Assembly: GCF_001457615.1 (NCBI RefSeq) | Contig: NZ_LN831024.1 | Location: 2,340,001 to 2,372,000, forward strand | DNA length: 32,000 nt | Direction: 5' to 3' | From: Pseudomonas aeruginosa | GTDB lineage: Bacteria > Pseudomonadota > Gammaproteobacteria > Pseudomonadales > Pseudomonadaceae | Shown here: positions 1-8,920 of the stretch, one piece after another | Position numbering within the stretch: position 1 is the first letter of the stretch | Layout of the letters: each line of letters starts with the position of its first letter | The notes under the pieces: model-generated | The model's input: only the letters and a program-made list of their open reading frames with translations | Told to the model about the DNA's origin: nothing | Databases searched by the model: none | Translations under genes and position numbers: made by a program

Positions 1-267
1 CGGCAGAAAATCGGCCTGTTGCCCACGCTGGTGACCACCAATCCGGACATTACCCGTCTGTTGCAGTCGATGGGCTTCGATCAGGTGTTCAATATCGTCG
101 ATCGTCCGATTCCGTGCCCGGAATGCCTGTCCGACCTGCCGCCGCAGGACCAGTCGGAAGATGTGGTGCGCGACAAGGTCCTGGAGGCGCACCGCATCCT
201 GATGGGCCTCAACGAATCCAACCGCGAAGCCTTCCACGACCTGGTCAGCGCCCTGGAGCGCCATTAA
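1..267 (+). CDS. 3' part of a STAS-domain (anti-sigma-factor-antagonist-like) protein; the 5' end lies outside the window
   Basis: Frame 1 is open from base 1 (RQKIGLLPTLVTTNPDITRLLQSMGFDQVFNIV..., STAS-like C-terminal pattern). TAA stop at 265-267. GC-rich third codon positions. Confidence 0.5.
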   Translation, partial: RQKIGLLPTLVTTNPDITRLLQSMGFDQVFNIVDRPIPCPECLSDLPPQDQSEDVVRDKVLEAHRILMGLNESNREAFHDLVSALERH

Positions 268-316
268 CCGGTCGATCCCTTCCCGAATTCCTGCTGAATC
301 CTCCGCTGCGCCGGAA

Positions 317-341
317 CGGGACGCCCTGCATGCGCGTCCCG
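317..341. terminator. GC-rich hairpin between convergent genes (possible bidirectional terminator, no clear T-tract)
   Basis: cgggacgc (317-324) pairs with gcgtcccg (334-341) around a 9-nt loop. It sits between the stops at 267 (+) and 355 (-). Confidence 0.3.
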
Positions 342-354
342 CCGGCAGCGGCGA

Positions 355-1278
355 TCAGTGGCGGGTCGCCAACTGGTATTCGAGCTTTTCCTGGTCGCGT
401 GCGAACAGGCGGATGCCTTCGGCCAGCTTTTCGGTGGCCATGGCGTCCTCGTTCATCTGCCAACGGAAAGCGCTCTCGTCGAGCACCTGGCGCGGCTCGC
501 CTTCGCCCGGCAGCAGCAGGCGCGGCAGCTCGCCCTGGGCGTCAGCCAGTTGTTGCAGCAGGTCGGGACTGATGGTCAGGCGGTCGCAGCCGGCCAGTTG
601 CTCGATCTGGCCGAGATTGCGGAAGCTGGCGCCCATCACCACCGTCTTGTAGCCGTTGGCCTTGTAGTAGCGATAGATGCGCGAGACCGACTGCACGCCG
701 GGATCCTCGGCGCCGGCGTAGTCGCGGTTCTCGCTCTTCTTGTACCAGTCGTAGATGCGCCCGACGAACGGAGAGATGAGGAACACCCCGGCGTCGGCGC
801 AGGCCACCGCCTGGGCGAAGGAGAACAGCAGGGTCAGGTTGGTCTGGATGCCCTCGCGTTCCAGAATCTCGGCGGCGCGGATTCCTTCCCAGGTGGAGGC
901 GATCTTGATCAGCACCCGCTCGCGGTCGATGCCTTGTTCGTCGTACAGCTCGATCAGGCGGTGGGCGCGGGCGAGGGTGGCCTCGCTGTCGAACGACAGG
1001 CGCGCGTCGACTTCGGTGGAAATACGTCCGGGAATGACTCCGAGGATGTCCTTGCCGACTGCCACGGCGAAGCGGTCGCAAGCCAGTCCGGCGTCGCCGC
1101 CGCTACCCGCGGTAGCCTGTCGAAGGTGCTCGGCGTAGCGCGGCAGGGCGGCGGCCTTGAGCAGCAGCGACGGGTTGGTGGTGGCGTCCACCGGCTTCAG
1201 GCGGGCAATGGCATCGAAGTCGCCGGTGTCGGCGACCACCGTGGTGTATTGCTTGAGTTGTTCCAGCTTCGAAGTCAT
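355..1278 (-). CDS. tal: Transaldolase (class B)
   Basis: 307 aa. The N-terminus [24 protein letters not shown]...[11 protein letters not shown] and the KIASTWEGI Schiff-base lysine region are classic TalB. Confidence 0.95.
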
Positions 1279-1357
1279 GGCGAGGTCTTGTCAGGTGGGT
1301 TCTTGGGAAGAAGAATCCCCCGACCTTACCCGAGCCGCAGGCGCGGCTCAATGGGAG

Positions 1358-2356
<999 letters not shown>

Positions 2357-2948
2357 CGGGACTTCGGTAGGGGGAGCGGAGCAGGGCGAGGGATTTTATC
2401 AGGGATGGGGCCTTTGCCATATCGTCGGTAATGAGCAGTTCCACCCGCCCAGCGTCGGTGTCCGATAACCCGAGGCTTTCCAGCACGGCTCGTAGGCTGT
2501 CATCAGTACATCGATTCGGATGATGTCTCCATCAGCCTCTCGACCTGGGCCGCCACCGTTTTTCAGTCACTGACCAGAATCTCCGCCCCTGGTACATCTT
2601 TCGTGGGGATGGACTCGATCGCCATTTTCTGGGGCGCTGCCAGGCAAAATGGTTGCCAGACCCGAGGAGGTAGTCGTTACCCTCCACTGGGCCTCTCTAC
2701 ATGCGCTCGACGATAGTATCGAGCTCCCGGATCTTGAAAGCCTTTTGGCAGGGAGGCGGGTTCCAGCCCAAAGGAGCGCTCCCGGTGAGTGGCCTTGACG
2801 CTACTGATGGTCAGCTTCGATAGCCCCGAGGAGTCGCCGAGCACATCGCCGATGCTTTTATCGGAGGTGGGATCGAGCGAGGGAAGTTGCCAAGGGTCTG
2901 GGCGGCGGTACGCGGGAACGACCGTTGCTTCTGTATGGCTGGCGCACT
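2357..2948. other. Roughly 590-bp lower-GC spacer with only broken reading frames (probable decayed gene remnants) at the dusA 5' junction
   Basis: No ORF of 60 aa or more with a credible start and RBS. The minus-strand frames read as coding-like stretches interrupted by stops (e.g. ...SDKSIGDVLGDSSGLSKLTISSVKATHRERSFGLEP... and ...AVLESLGLSDTDAGRVELLITDDMAK...). Sampled 60-nt rows are about 57% GC versus about 66% in the flanks. Confidence 0.3.
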
Positions 2949-3542
2949 CTACATGCGTAGAGTTTTCGCCACTTCATCGATTTCGGTGATCGTGGCGTGG
3001 TCGGAAATGACTCTGGCCATGAGGTAGTCATGCAACTCTGCATCGCCATCGACACAGCCGTCTCTGAGCACAACCAACTGGTAGTCCAGATCGAACGCCT
3101 GGCGAACCGTCGTCAGCACTACGCCTGAGGTAGTGGCTCCAGCGATGAGCAATGTTTCAATATCATGCGCCCAGAGAAGCTCGTCCAGTTCCGTACCCGT
3201 GAAGGCGCCGACGCGACTCTTCGTAATGACCGGTTCGCTTTCGATCGGCTGCAAGGCGGCGGTGATCGCCAACCCGGGGCTTCCCGGTTCGATCAAGCCA
3301 CTTTCACGTAGCTCGCGGAATAGCCTGTTGCGCCTGTCCATTGGCGGACCATCGGGCGGGCAGCCCACCGTTACATGAACTACAAGCATATCGGTTTGCC
3401 GTACCCTGGAAAGAAATCTGGAGGTGCGGGCCACTACCTCGGCTGCGCGAGGTGCGGGCACGAAGTTGTTCAGCACGAATTCCTGGAAATCCATCAGCAG
3501 CAGGGCGGAATTAAAGGGAGATTCAAGCACGAGCTCAGTCAT
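2949..3542 (-). CDS. Isochorismatase-family (cysteine-hydrolase fold) protein, apparently lacking the nucleophilic Cys
   Basis: 197 aa. Has LLLMDFQ (catalytic Asp region), ITKSRVGAFTGTELDELL (Lys region) and LLIAGATTSGVVLTTVRQA where the family normally has T-N-x-C-V. RBS agagg lies 6 nt before the ATG. It starts 27 nt downstream of the MFS gene on the same strand. Confidence 0.8.
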   Translation of the reverse strand: MTELVLESPFNSALLLMDFQEFVLNNFVPAPRAAEVVARTSRFLSRVRQTDMLVVHVTVGCPPDGPPMDRRNRLFRELRESGLIEPGSPGLAITAALQPIESEPVITKSRVGAFTGTELDELLWAHDIETLLIAGATTSGVVLTTVRQAFDLDYQLVVLRDGCVDGDAELHDYLMARVISDHATITEIDEVAKTLRM

Positions 3543-3569
3543 GACGACCTCTGGGTGGTGGAAAACCGT

Positions 3570-4784
3570 CTAGCGGGTGGAGTGCCCAAGGGCTCGCCAG
3601 TTGAATAGCGCCCCTGCCAGCATCAACAGGCTGGTTACCAGGAAAACGCTGCGCATCCCGAACTGGCCACCGACGAACCCTCCGATTACCGGCCCGATTA
3701 CCTGGCCGGCGAATTGCGCGGATAGCGACCAGCCCATTGCCGAGCCGACGAATCGCTCCGGGACGCTATGGCGGATTACAGCGGCCATGCACGGAAGCAG
3801 GCCGCCAAGCGCCATGCCCATCAGGAAGCGCAGGGCGATGAGTTGCCACCCCGCATATACGAAAGCCTGGGGAATCAGCAGGACGGCCGCGACGCTCAGC
3901 GCGGCTATCATGATGACGCCGTAGCCAATCCGGTCGGCCACCTTACCCAGATAGGTCGCGGAGATGATGCTTCCGAGCGCTGCCGCCGACATGGCCAGAC
4001 CCGCCACAGACGTCACCCGCCTCGAGTCCTCGAGCAGCGTTTCGATATAGACGGTGATAATCGGTTCGACCGACATGTTGGCAATCATCAGCAGCAGGCC
4101 TGTCGCCAGCATGGCGAGGATCACCGCCTTGTTGGGCATATTCGACCAACCGACCTTGGGAGGTTCTTCGACGGCGGGGACGGAGGGGCGTGCAGTCTCG
4201 CGCAACATGAAGGTCGTGAAGACAAACGCAATGAAGATCAATCCACTGGCGCCCCAGAATGTGGCTCGTATGCCGATCAGAGGAGGCAGGAAGCCGCCAA
4301 CCAGCGGCCCTAACAGATTGCCGGCCATCACGCCCGAGGAAAGAAGACCCAATGCCCATGCCGAACGGGATTTCGGAGCTTGCACCGCGACCAGGATCGT
4401 TGCCCCCGACGAGTACCCGCCGGCGATTCCCGCTAACAAGCGCAAGCCGATGAATTGCCAGATATCGGAGGCCAGCCCCATCAGCAACATGGTGATCGCC
4501 ATTCCCAGGCTAGCTCGGACCAGCATGGGCTTGCGACCGTAGCGGTCGCCAAGCATCCCCCAAAGCGGTGCTACCAACCCGGCGGTGACGAAAGTGGCGG
4601 CGTAGGCGATACCTGACCACTGCACGATTGCAGCGTGGCCCGATACCCCGAGTTGACCTATGTAGACCGGGAGGAACGGCAGGATAAGTGTCATGGCGAA
4701 GACGGTGGTGAAGGCTCCAAACAAGCACACGGCGAGGTTGCGTTGCCAGCAGTCGATAGCGGGTTCGTTCATGTTGCCTTGCAT
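3570..4784 (-). CDS. MFS transporter (12-TM type)
   Basis: Contains MFS motif A GMLGDRYGRKPML and multiple hydrophobic helices. I prefer the ATG at 4784 (GGAG 7 nt upstream), with 4772 as an alternative. The 4850 start in the ORF track would leave no promoter space. Confidence 0.9.
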   Translation of the reverse strand: MQGNMNEPAIDCWQRNLAVCLFGAFTTVFAMTLILPFLPVYIGQLGVSGHAAIVQWSGIAYAATFVTAGLVAPLWGMLGDRYGRKPMLVRASLGMAITMLLMGLASDIWQFIGLRLLAGIAGGYSSGATILVAVQAPKSRSAWALGLLSSGVMAGNLLGPLVGGFLPPLIGIRATFWGASGLIFIAFVFTTFMLRETARPSVPAVEEPPKVGWSNMPNKAVILAMLATGLLLMIANMSVEPIITVYIETLLEDSRRVTSVAGLAMSAAALGSIISATYLGKVADRIGYGVIMIAALSVAAVLLIPQAFVYAGWQLIALRFLMGMALGGLLPCMAAVIRHSVPERFVGSAMGWSLSAQFAGQVIGPVIGGFVGGQFGMRSVFLVTSLLMLAGALFNWRALGHSTR

Positions 4785-4822
4785 CAGCAGACTCCGATCA
4801 GAGACACTCGATACCACACAGT

Positions 4823-4863
4823 CAATTTGGTATACCAATTTGGTATACATTGACGTTGGCCAA
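4823..4863. promoter_or_regulatory. GntR-type operator cluster in the divergent MFS/GntR intergenic region
   Basis: Tandem direct repeat caatttggtatac x2 (4823-4835, 4836-4848) containing the perfect 12-bp palindrome TTGGTATACCAA (4827-4838). A second TTGGTATAC lies at 4840-4848 and TTGGCCAA at 4856-4863. The GT-N-AC core fits the GntR/FadR-type operator pattern. Confidence 0.5.
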
Positions 4864-4888
4864 TGGATCTGTCAATCGGAGGCACCTA

Positions 4889-5545
4889 ATGACGGTCATT
4901 CAGCAGGCTGAAGAGCGGCTGCGCCGCTTGATTCTGGATATGGAGATCGGCCCTGGAGAGCGCCTGACGGAGCGCTGGCTCGAAGGGCAGACAGGGGCCT
5001 CGCGAAGCTCTATCCGCACGGCACTGGTTCGTCTTGAGGCTGAAGGTCTCGTTGCGAGGGAGGGCCGGGGATGGCTGGTGCCGCCCATCGATCTTCAGGA
5101 AATAGAACAATTGTTCGTATACCGGGAGATGCTTGAGGTAACGGCAGTTCGCCTCGGTGGAAAAGAGGCGGAAGAAAGCTATCTCCGGGAGGGGGAGGCC
5201 ATACTGGATGCGGTGCCGATAAATGCCTCGGCAGAAGAGACCGAGTCTGCCGGACGCCAATTCCACCTTTGGATTGCCGGTTTGGCCCGCAATGAATTCA
5301 TCAGTCGGGGGCTCGGCGAGGCCCTGACGCGCCTCCAGCGTGTCAGATGGTTGGAGAGCCAACCGGAACATCACGGCTGGGCCGAGCATCGCGCCATCAT
5401 CGCCGCCTTGAGGGCATGCGATATCGAACGCGCCGCGGGGATGGTCGAATCGCACGTCCGGGAGACAAGGGACCGGTTGCTGGAAACTCTCCGAAAAGAC
5501 CGGCGCAGTCTCAGGGCACGCGGAATCACCATTCTTCCTGAGTGA
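4889..5545 (+). CDS. GntR-family transcriptional regulator (FadR/FCD-type C-terminal domain)
   Basis: Winged-HTH region LTERWLEGQTGASRSSIRTALVRLEAEGLV followed by a helical C-terminal domain. The ATG at 4889 is preceded by GGAGG with 6-nt spacing. Confidence 0.9.
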   Translation: MTVIQQAEERLRRLILDMEIGPGERLTERWLEGQTGASRSSIRTALVRLEAEGLVAREGRGWLVPPIDLQEIEQLFVYREMLEVTAVRLGGKEAEESYLREGEAILDAVPINASAEETESAGRQFHLWIAGLARNEFISRGLGEALTRLQRVRWLESQPEHHGWAEHRAIIAALRACDIERAAGMVESHVRETRDRLLETLRKDRRSLRARGITILPE

Positions 5546-5811
5546 TGCCGGCCGGGCAGGGCGATTCGGTCTCGTTTCCCGAGGAGGGGCATGCCAGGCG
5601 GCGCCGATTCCGACGCCTGAAGGTCTGCAGCCGGTTGTGGGCAGTCTGATCGGGAGGAGCCGAACCAACGAGGGCCGGCGGGCCGTGGCAGCTCCTGGCC
5701 CTGCCGGTGTGCCCCTGCCGACCTAGTCCATTTGAAATATTGCGATCCTGGCATGGGCCAGTAAGATGGGCCGTTCGACGACCCGCACCAGCCTCTATCA
5801 AGGATCGATAC

Positions 5812-6852
5812 ATGAGACTGTCCCGTCCGCGTTTTACCCTTTCCGCCGCCTTGCTGCTTTCTCTTTCCCTTTCCGGTTGCGTGTCTGAACTCGATTCGGG
5901 CGCCTATGGCAGCATGGACGATCCGCGCAACGCGCAGATGCTGGACCTGGTGGACCAGGCGCTGAAGGGGAACATGGCCGTGGTACTGGTGGCCGACGTG
6001 ATGCCGCACAAGTCCCTGAGCGATGCCCTGACCATGACCCAGTGGACGCCAACGGCGATCTGGGAGTACGAGAAGGACCCGAAGGTGACCTTCGGCCGCA
6101 AGTTCCAGACCAACGCGCTGCAGCGGAAGCCCGACGAGACCTATCTGTTCAAGGCCTTCGAGGTGCATATCCTGCCGCCCGGCAAGTACCTGCTGACCGG
6201 CGGCGACGACTACCAGATCCATGGCTTGCTCGACCAGGTCGGCGCCCGCAGCGGTCCGCCCGGTTCGGGCCATGGCGCCAACGGCACCGCGTACCTGTCC
6301 CCCGAGCTGTATCGCGAGTACTACCGGGAAGAAGTCTGGAAAGATGCCACCTATGGCAGCGAGATCAAGACCGAGAAGGTCTGCACCGCCGTGCATGTGG
6401 CCTCGGGCGCCTGCGTGAGCTGGGGCGAGCAGCAATACACGCAGACGACCCAGGGCTCCCAGGCCGGCTATTACCAGCAGACCGATTCCCGCGACGTGCC
6501 CTCGATCAAGGTCCAGGCGCGCCTGCCGGTCGACAAGGCGCTGGCCAGCTTCACCGTGCAGGGCGGGCAATTGCTGCTGGCCCCGCGCATGCACCTGAAG
6601 ACCCCCGGCTACAAGTACCAGCAGTCGAAGTGCCGGGCGATCGATCCGAAGAAGATCGAATGCCCATTGGAAAACCTGACCGTCTATACCTGGCCGGCGC
6701 CGATGGACTTCAGCCAGTCCCTGATCGCCCAGCGGGCCCTGAGCGACAAGCACCGGCAACTGCTGTCCAGGCTCCAGCCCCTGCAGATCACGCCGCTGCG
6801 CAAGCAGGGCATGGAAGACCCGGTCTGGGGCGTGCCGCTGTCATTGAAATAG
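5812..6852 (+). CDS. Hypothetical lipoprotein (346 aa)
   Basis: MRLSRPRFTLSAALLLSLSLSGC is a lipoprotein signal with lipobox LSGC. RBS aagga lies 7 nt upstream. The upstream part of track ORF 5707 is not needed. Confidence 0.8.
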   Translation: MRLSRPRFTLSAALLLSLSLSGCVSELDSGAYGSMDDPRNAQMLDLVDQALKGNMAVVLVADVMPHKSLSDALTMTQWTPTAIWEYEKDPKVTFGRKFQTNALQRKPDETYLFKAFEVHILPPGKYLLTGGDDYQIHGLLDQVGARSGPPGSGHGANGTAYLSPELYREYYREEVWKDATYGSEIKTEKVCTAVHVASGACVSWGEQQYTQTTQGSQAGYYQQTDSRDVPSIKVQARLPVDKALASFTVQGGQLLLAPRMHLKTPGYKYQQSKCRAIDPKKIECPLENLTVYTWPAPMDFSQSLIAQRALSDKHRQLLSRLQPLQITPLRKQGMEDPVWGVPLSLK

Positions 6853-6932
6853 CGGGTGTTCGCTCAGGGGCGCGCCGGGTGCCGCCCCTATCCACGATCG
6901 GCAGGGAAGCATTTCCCCACAAGGAAGGTGAC

Positions 6933-7529
6933 ATGAACGTATATCGCAAGGTTTCCCGCAGTGCCGCGACTTGGCTGTGCGCCGCGCTGCTGGCCGCATC
7001 CGGCCATGCCTGGGCCGAAGACTGGTGGGTGGTACACAAGGGCGACGACCCTGCCGAGCTTGACGTGTTCCTGGCCGATGCCGATTCGCTGGCACCGGTG
7101 CCGGGTATCGAAAACGCCTGGCAGTTGCAGATCGCCATGCTGTTCGACTCCTTCCATCTGCTCAGCGCGCACCAGTACCGCTGCGATACGCGAGAGGTGA
7201 AGGTGGTCAACGCCAAGACCTTCTCCAACAACGGGCAACCCACGAGCCTCCAGTTCACCTTCGCCAAGGGCTGGACCCCGCTGCCCAACGAAAGCCATGA
7301 GGCTGTCCTCCAGTTCATCTGCGCGCCGCAGGAGCGCGAACGCAATGGCATGCGCTCCACCGGCAGGGGCGTGCCATTGCAGGCGGTGATCACCGCCGTC
7401 GGCATGGTCGAGATGGAGCGCGCCCAGGCCAATCTCGCCGAGGCCCGGCGCAAGCTCGAAGAGGCCAAGAGCGATCGCGTCATGGGCGAACTCGATCGTC
7501 TGCTCGGCAACGAACCCCGGAAGCCCTGA
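6933..7529 (+). CDS. Hypothetical secreted protein with C-terminal coiled-coil tail
   Basis: MNVYRKVSRSAATWLCAALLAASGHAWA|ED is a Sec signal peptide. RBS ggaagg is upstream. The C-terminus reads ERAQANLAEARRKLEEAKSD. The 495-aa track ORF (6042..7529) is an off-gene extension. Confidence 0.75.
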   Translation: MNVYRKVSRSAATWLCAALLAASGHAWAEDWWVVHKGDDPAELDVFLADADSLAPVPGIENAWQLQIAMLFDSFHLLSAHQYRCDTREVKVVNAKTFSNNGQPTSLQFTFAKGWTPLPNESHEAVLQFICAPQERERNGMRSTGRGVPLQAVITAVGMVEMERAQANLAEARRKLEEAKSDRVMGELDRLLGNEPRKP

Positions 7530-7622
7530 GCCGCTCTGACTGAAGCAGGGTGAGGCGAGGCGGATCGGGCCGTTTTCCGGAGCGATCGGCGTAGGTCCGG
7601 AAGGCGCGTCGGGAGGGTCTCG

Positions 7623-7913
7623 ATGAGGTGGTATAGCCGCATCAGCCTGGGACTCAGCCTCGCGGTCGCGAGCGCTTTCCTGGTGGCGTACTGGCGATCG
7701 CTCGTCAGCCATAACTATCCCAATATGAATGCGCCTGGGCTGATCGCCTACCTGCTGGTCTTTCCTGCCTGCGCCCTGTTGCTGCATTCCCCTGCGTTGG
7801 CATTCGTGCTCCAGCAGCGAAAGCTGGGAAGCGCTCGCGAAAGAGCGCTGCAATGGACGATCAACCTGGCGCTGTGGATGGCGCCGCTTTGTTTCATATT
7901 TGCCAGTCTTTAA
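7623..7913 (+). CDS. Small integral membrane protein (about 3 TM, 96 aa)
   Basis: RBS gggaggg lies 5 nt before the ATG. There are three hydrophobic segments. Confidence 0.6.
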   Translation: MRWYSRISLGLSLAVASAFLVAYWRSLVSHNYPNMNAPGLIAYLLVFPACALLLHSPALAFVLQQRKLGSARERALQWTINLALWMAPLCFIFASL

Positions 7914-8001
7914 TCAGGCACTCGCGGGTGTGTAGCTCGAGTAAGCGGACTGCTTTGACATCTCCTGCTGCGGCGGAATACAGGTGCGTCCTTTGAGTCG
8001 C

Positions 8002-8379
8002 TCAGCGCTTCGGCGCAAAGACCATCTTCACCGGCGCATCGTGCTTCAGGCGCGAGCCGTTCGGTTGGTTCCCGGGCTCGAAGCTAGGGTGCCAGGCCCT
8101 GAGTTCCGTATCGGACAGCCACTCCAGTTGCAATTGGTCCGCGGATGCGCGCAGGTCGAATTGCGCCAGCGACCGCACGACTGCATGGCACTTTTCCGAT
8201 TTCCCGGTTTCGAGGAGGGAGACCTGTATTTCTTCGCCCCAGGTGATCGAACCTTTCTCCGGGCATTTCCGAACCTCGACGTGGTATTGCCCGTTCGGCG
8301 ACGGCAGGTCGGAAATCAGCTTGTCGGGGCCGCACGCGGCGAGGAGTACGCTCAGTATCAGCAGGGGGCTTTTTTTCAT
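8002..8379 (-). CDS. Hypothetical small lipoprotein (125 aa)
   Basis: MKKSPLLILSVLLAACGPD is a lipoprotein signal (lipobox LAAC). RBS agagg is upstream of the ATG at 8379. Confidence 0.7.
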   Translation of the reverse strand: MKKSPLLILSVLLAACGPDKLISDLPSPNGQYHVEVRKCPEKGSITWGEEIQVSLLETGKSEKCHAVVRSLAQFDLRASADQLQLEWLSDTELRAWHPSFEPGNQPNGSRLKHDAPVKMVFAPKR

Positions 8380-8518
8380 CCATGACCTCTGTGGAAATCT
8401 CGGAAAGGAATTCCTCTCTTTTCCTGGCGGAAAATGGGCAGGAAGCGGGCCTGCCCATCCTACGCGCGGACTGCTGGATCTGCCCATGGGCGATCCACAG
8501 CTTCGTGCACGAGCGATA

Positions 8519-8611
8519 TCAGATGGCGCTGAGCGATTTCAGGATCAGATAGGTGCAGATGAGCACCCCTGCCATGGACAACAGGCCCAGGGCGACAATG
8601 CTGAGTTTCAT
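8519..8611 (-). CDS. Candidate 30-aa single-TM hydrophobic peptide
   Basis: MKLSIVALGLLSMAGVLICTYLILKSLSAI. The ATG at 8611 is preceded by gagga (caacgaggaaacccgATG). The longer 67-aa version in the track has a non-coding-looking N-terminus. Confidence 0.4.
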   Translation of the reverse strand: MKLSIVALGLLSMAGVLICTYLILKSLSAI

Positions 8612-8920
8612 CGGGTTTCCTCGTTGAACTGCGATGGGCTGCTGTATCAAGGAGGGGAGAGGCAGCAGGCGGGGGAAAGCCCCGGAGGGATGAGCGGCCC
8701 CCGGGGCTTTGGTGACCACCATAGGAGAAAGTCACATTGATAAGGCTAGCCCTGTTTCGCTGTGCGGCAAGCGAAGCGGCATCGCTTTTCCCGCAGGATC
8801 GGGAAAATGCCTAGCCATACCGCAGTGATGGCCACGGAGGGTCCATGCGCCTCGTCCATTTCCTGATTGCCCTTCCCGCCGCGCTGCTGGCTGAGCCTCA
8901 GATAACCGCGCGGCGCAGGT

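Noticed and set aside
1332-1349. Hairpin gagccgc-aggc-gcggctc between dusA and tal as a terminator
   Set aside because: On the transcribed (minus) strand no T-tract follows, and tal starts about 50 nt further on. It is more likely a simple stem within an operon spacer.
5718-5731. Possible duplicated dusA 5' att fragment at the far edge of the low-GC islet (ccgacctagtccat versus dusA cggtccagtccat at 2281-2293)
   Set aside because: It matches only 10 of 13 positions with a 7-nt exact core, which is plausible by chance in a 260-bp interval. The flanks do not extend the similarity. It is mentioned only as something to test.
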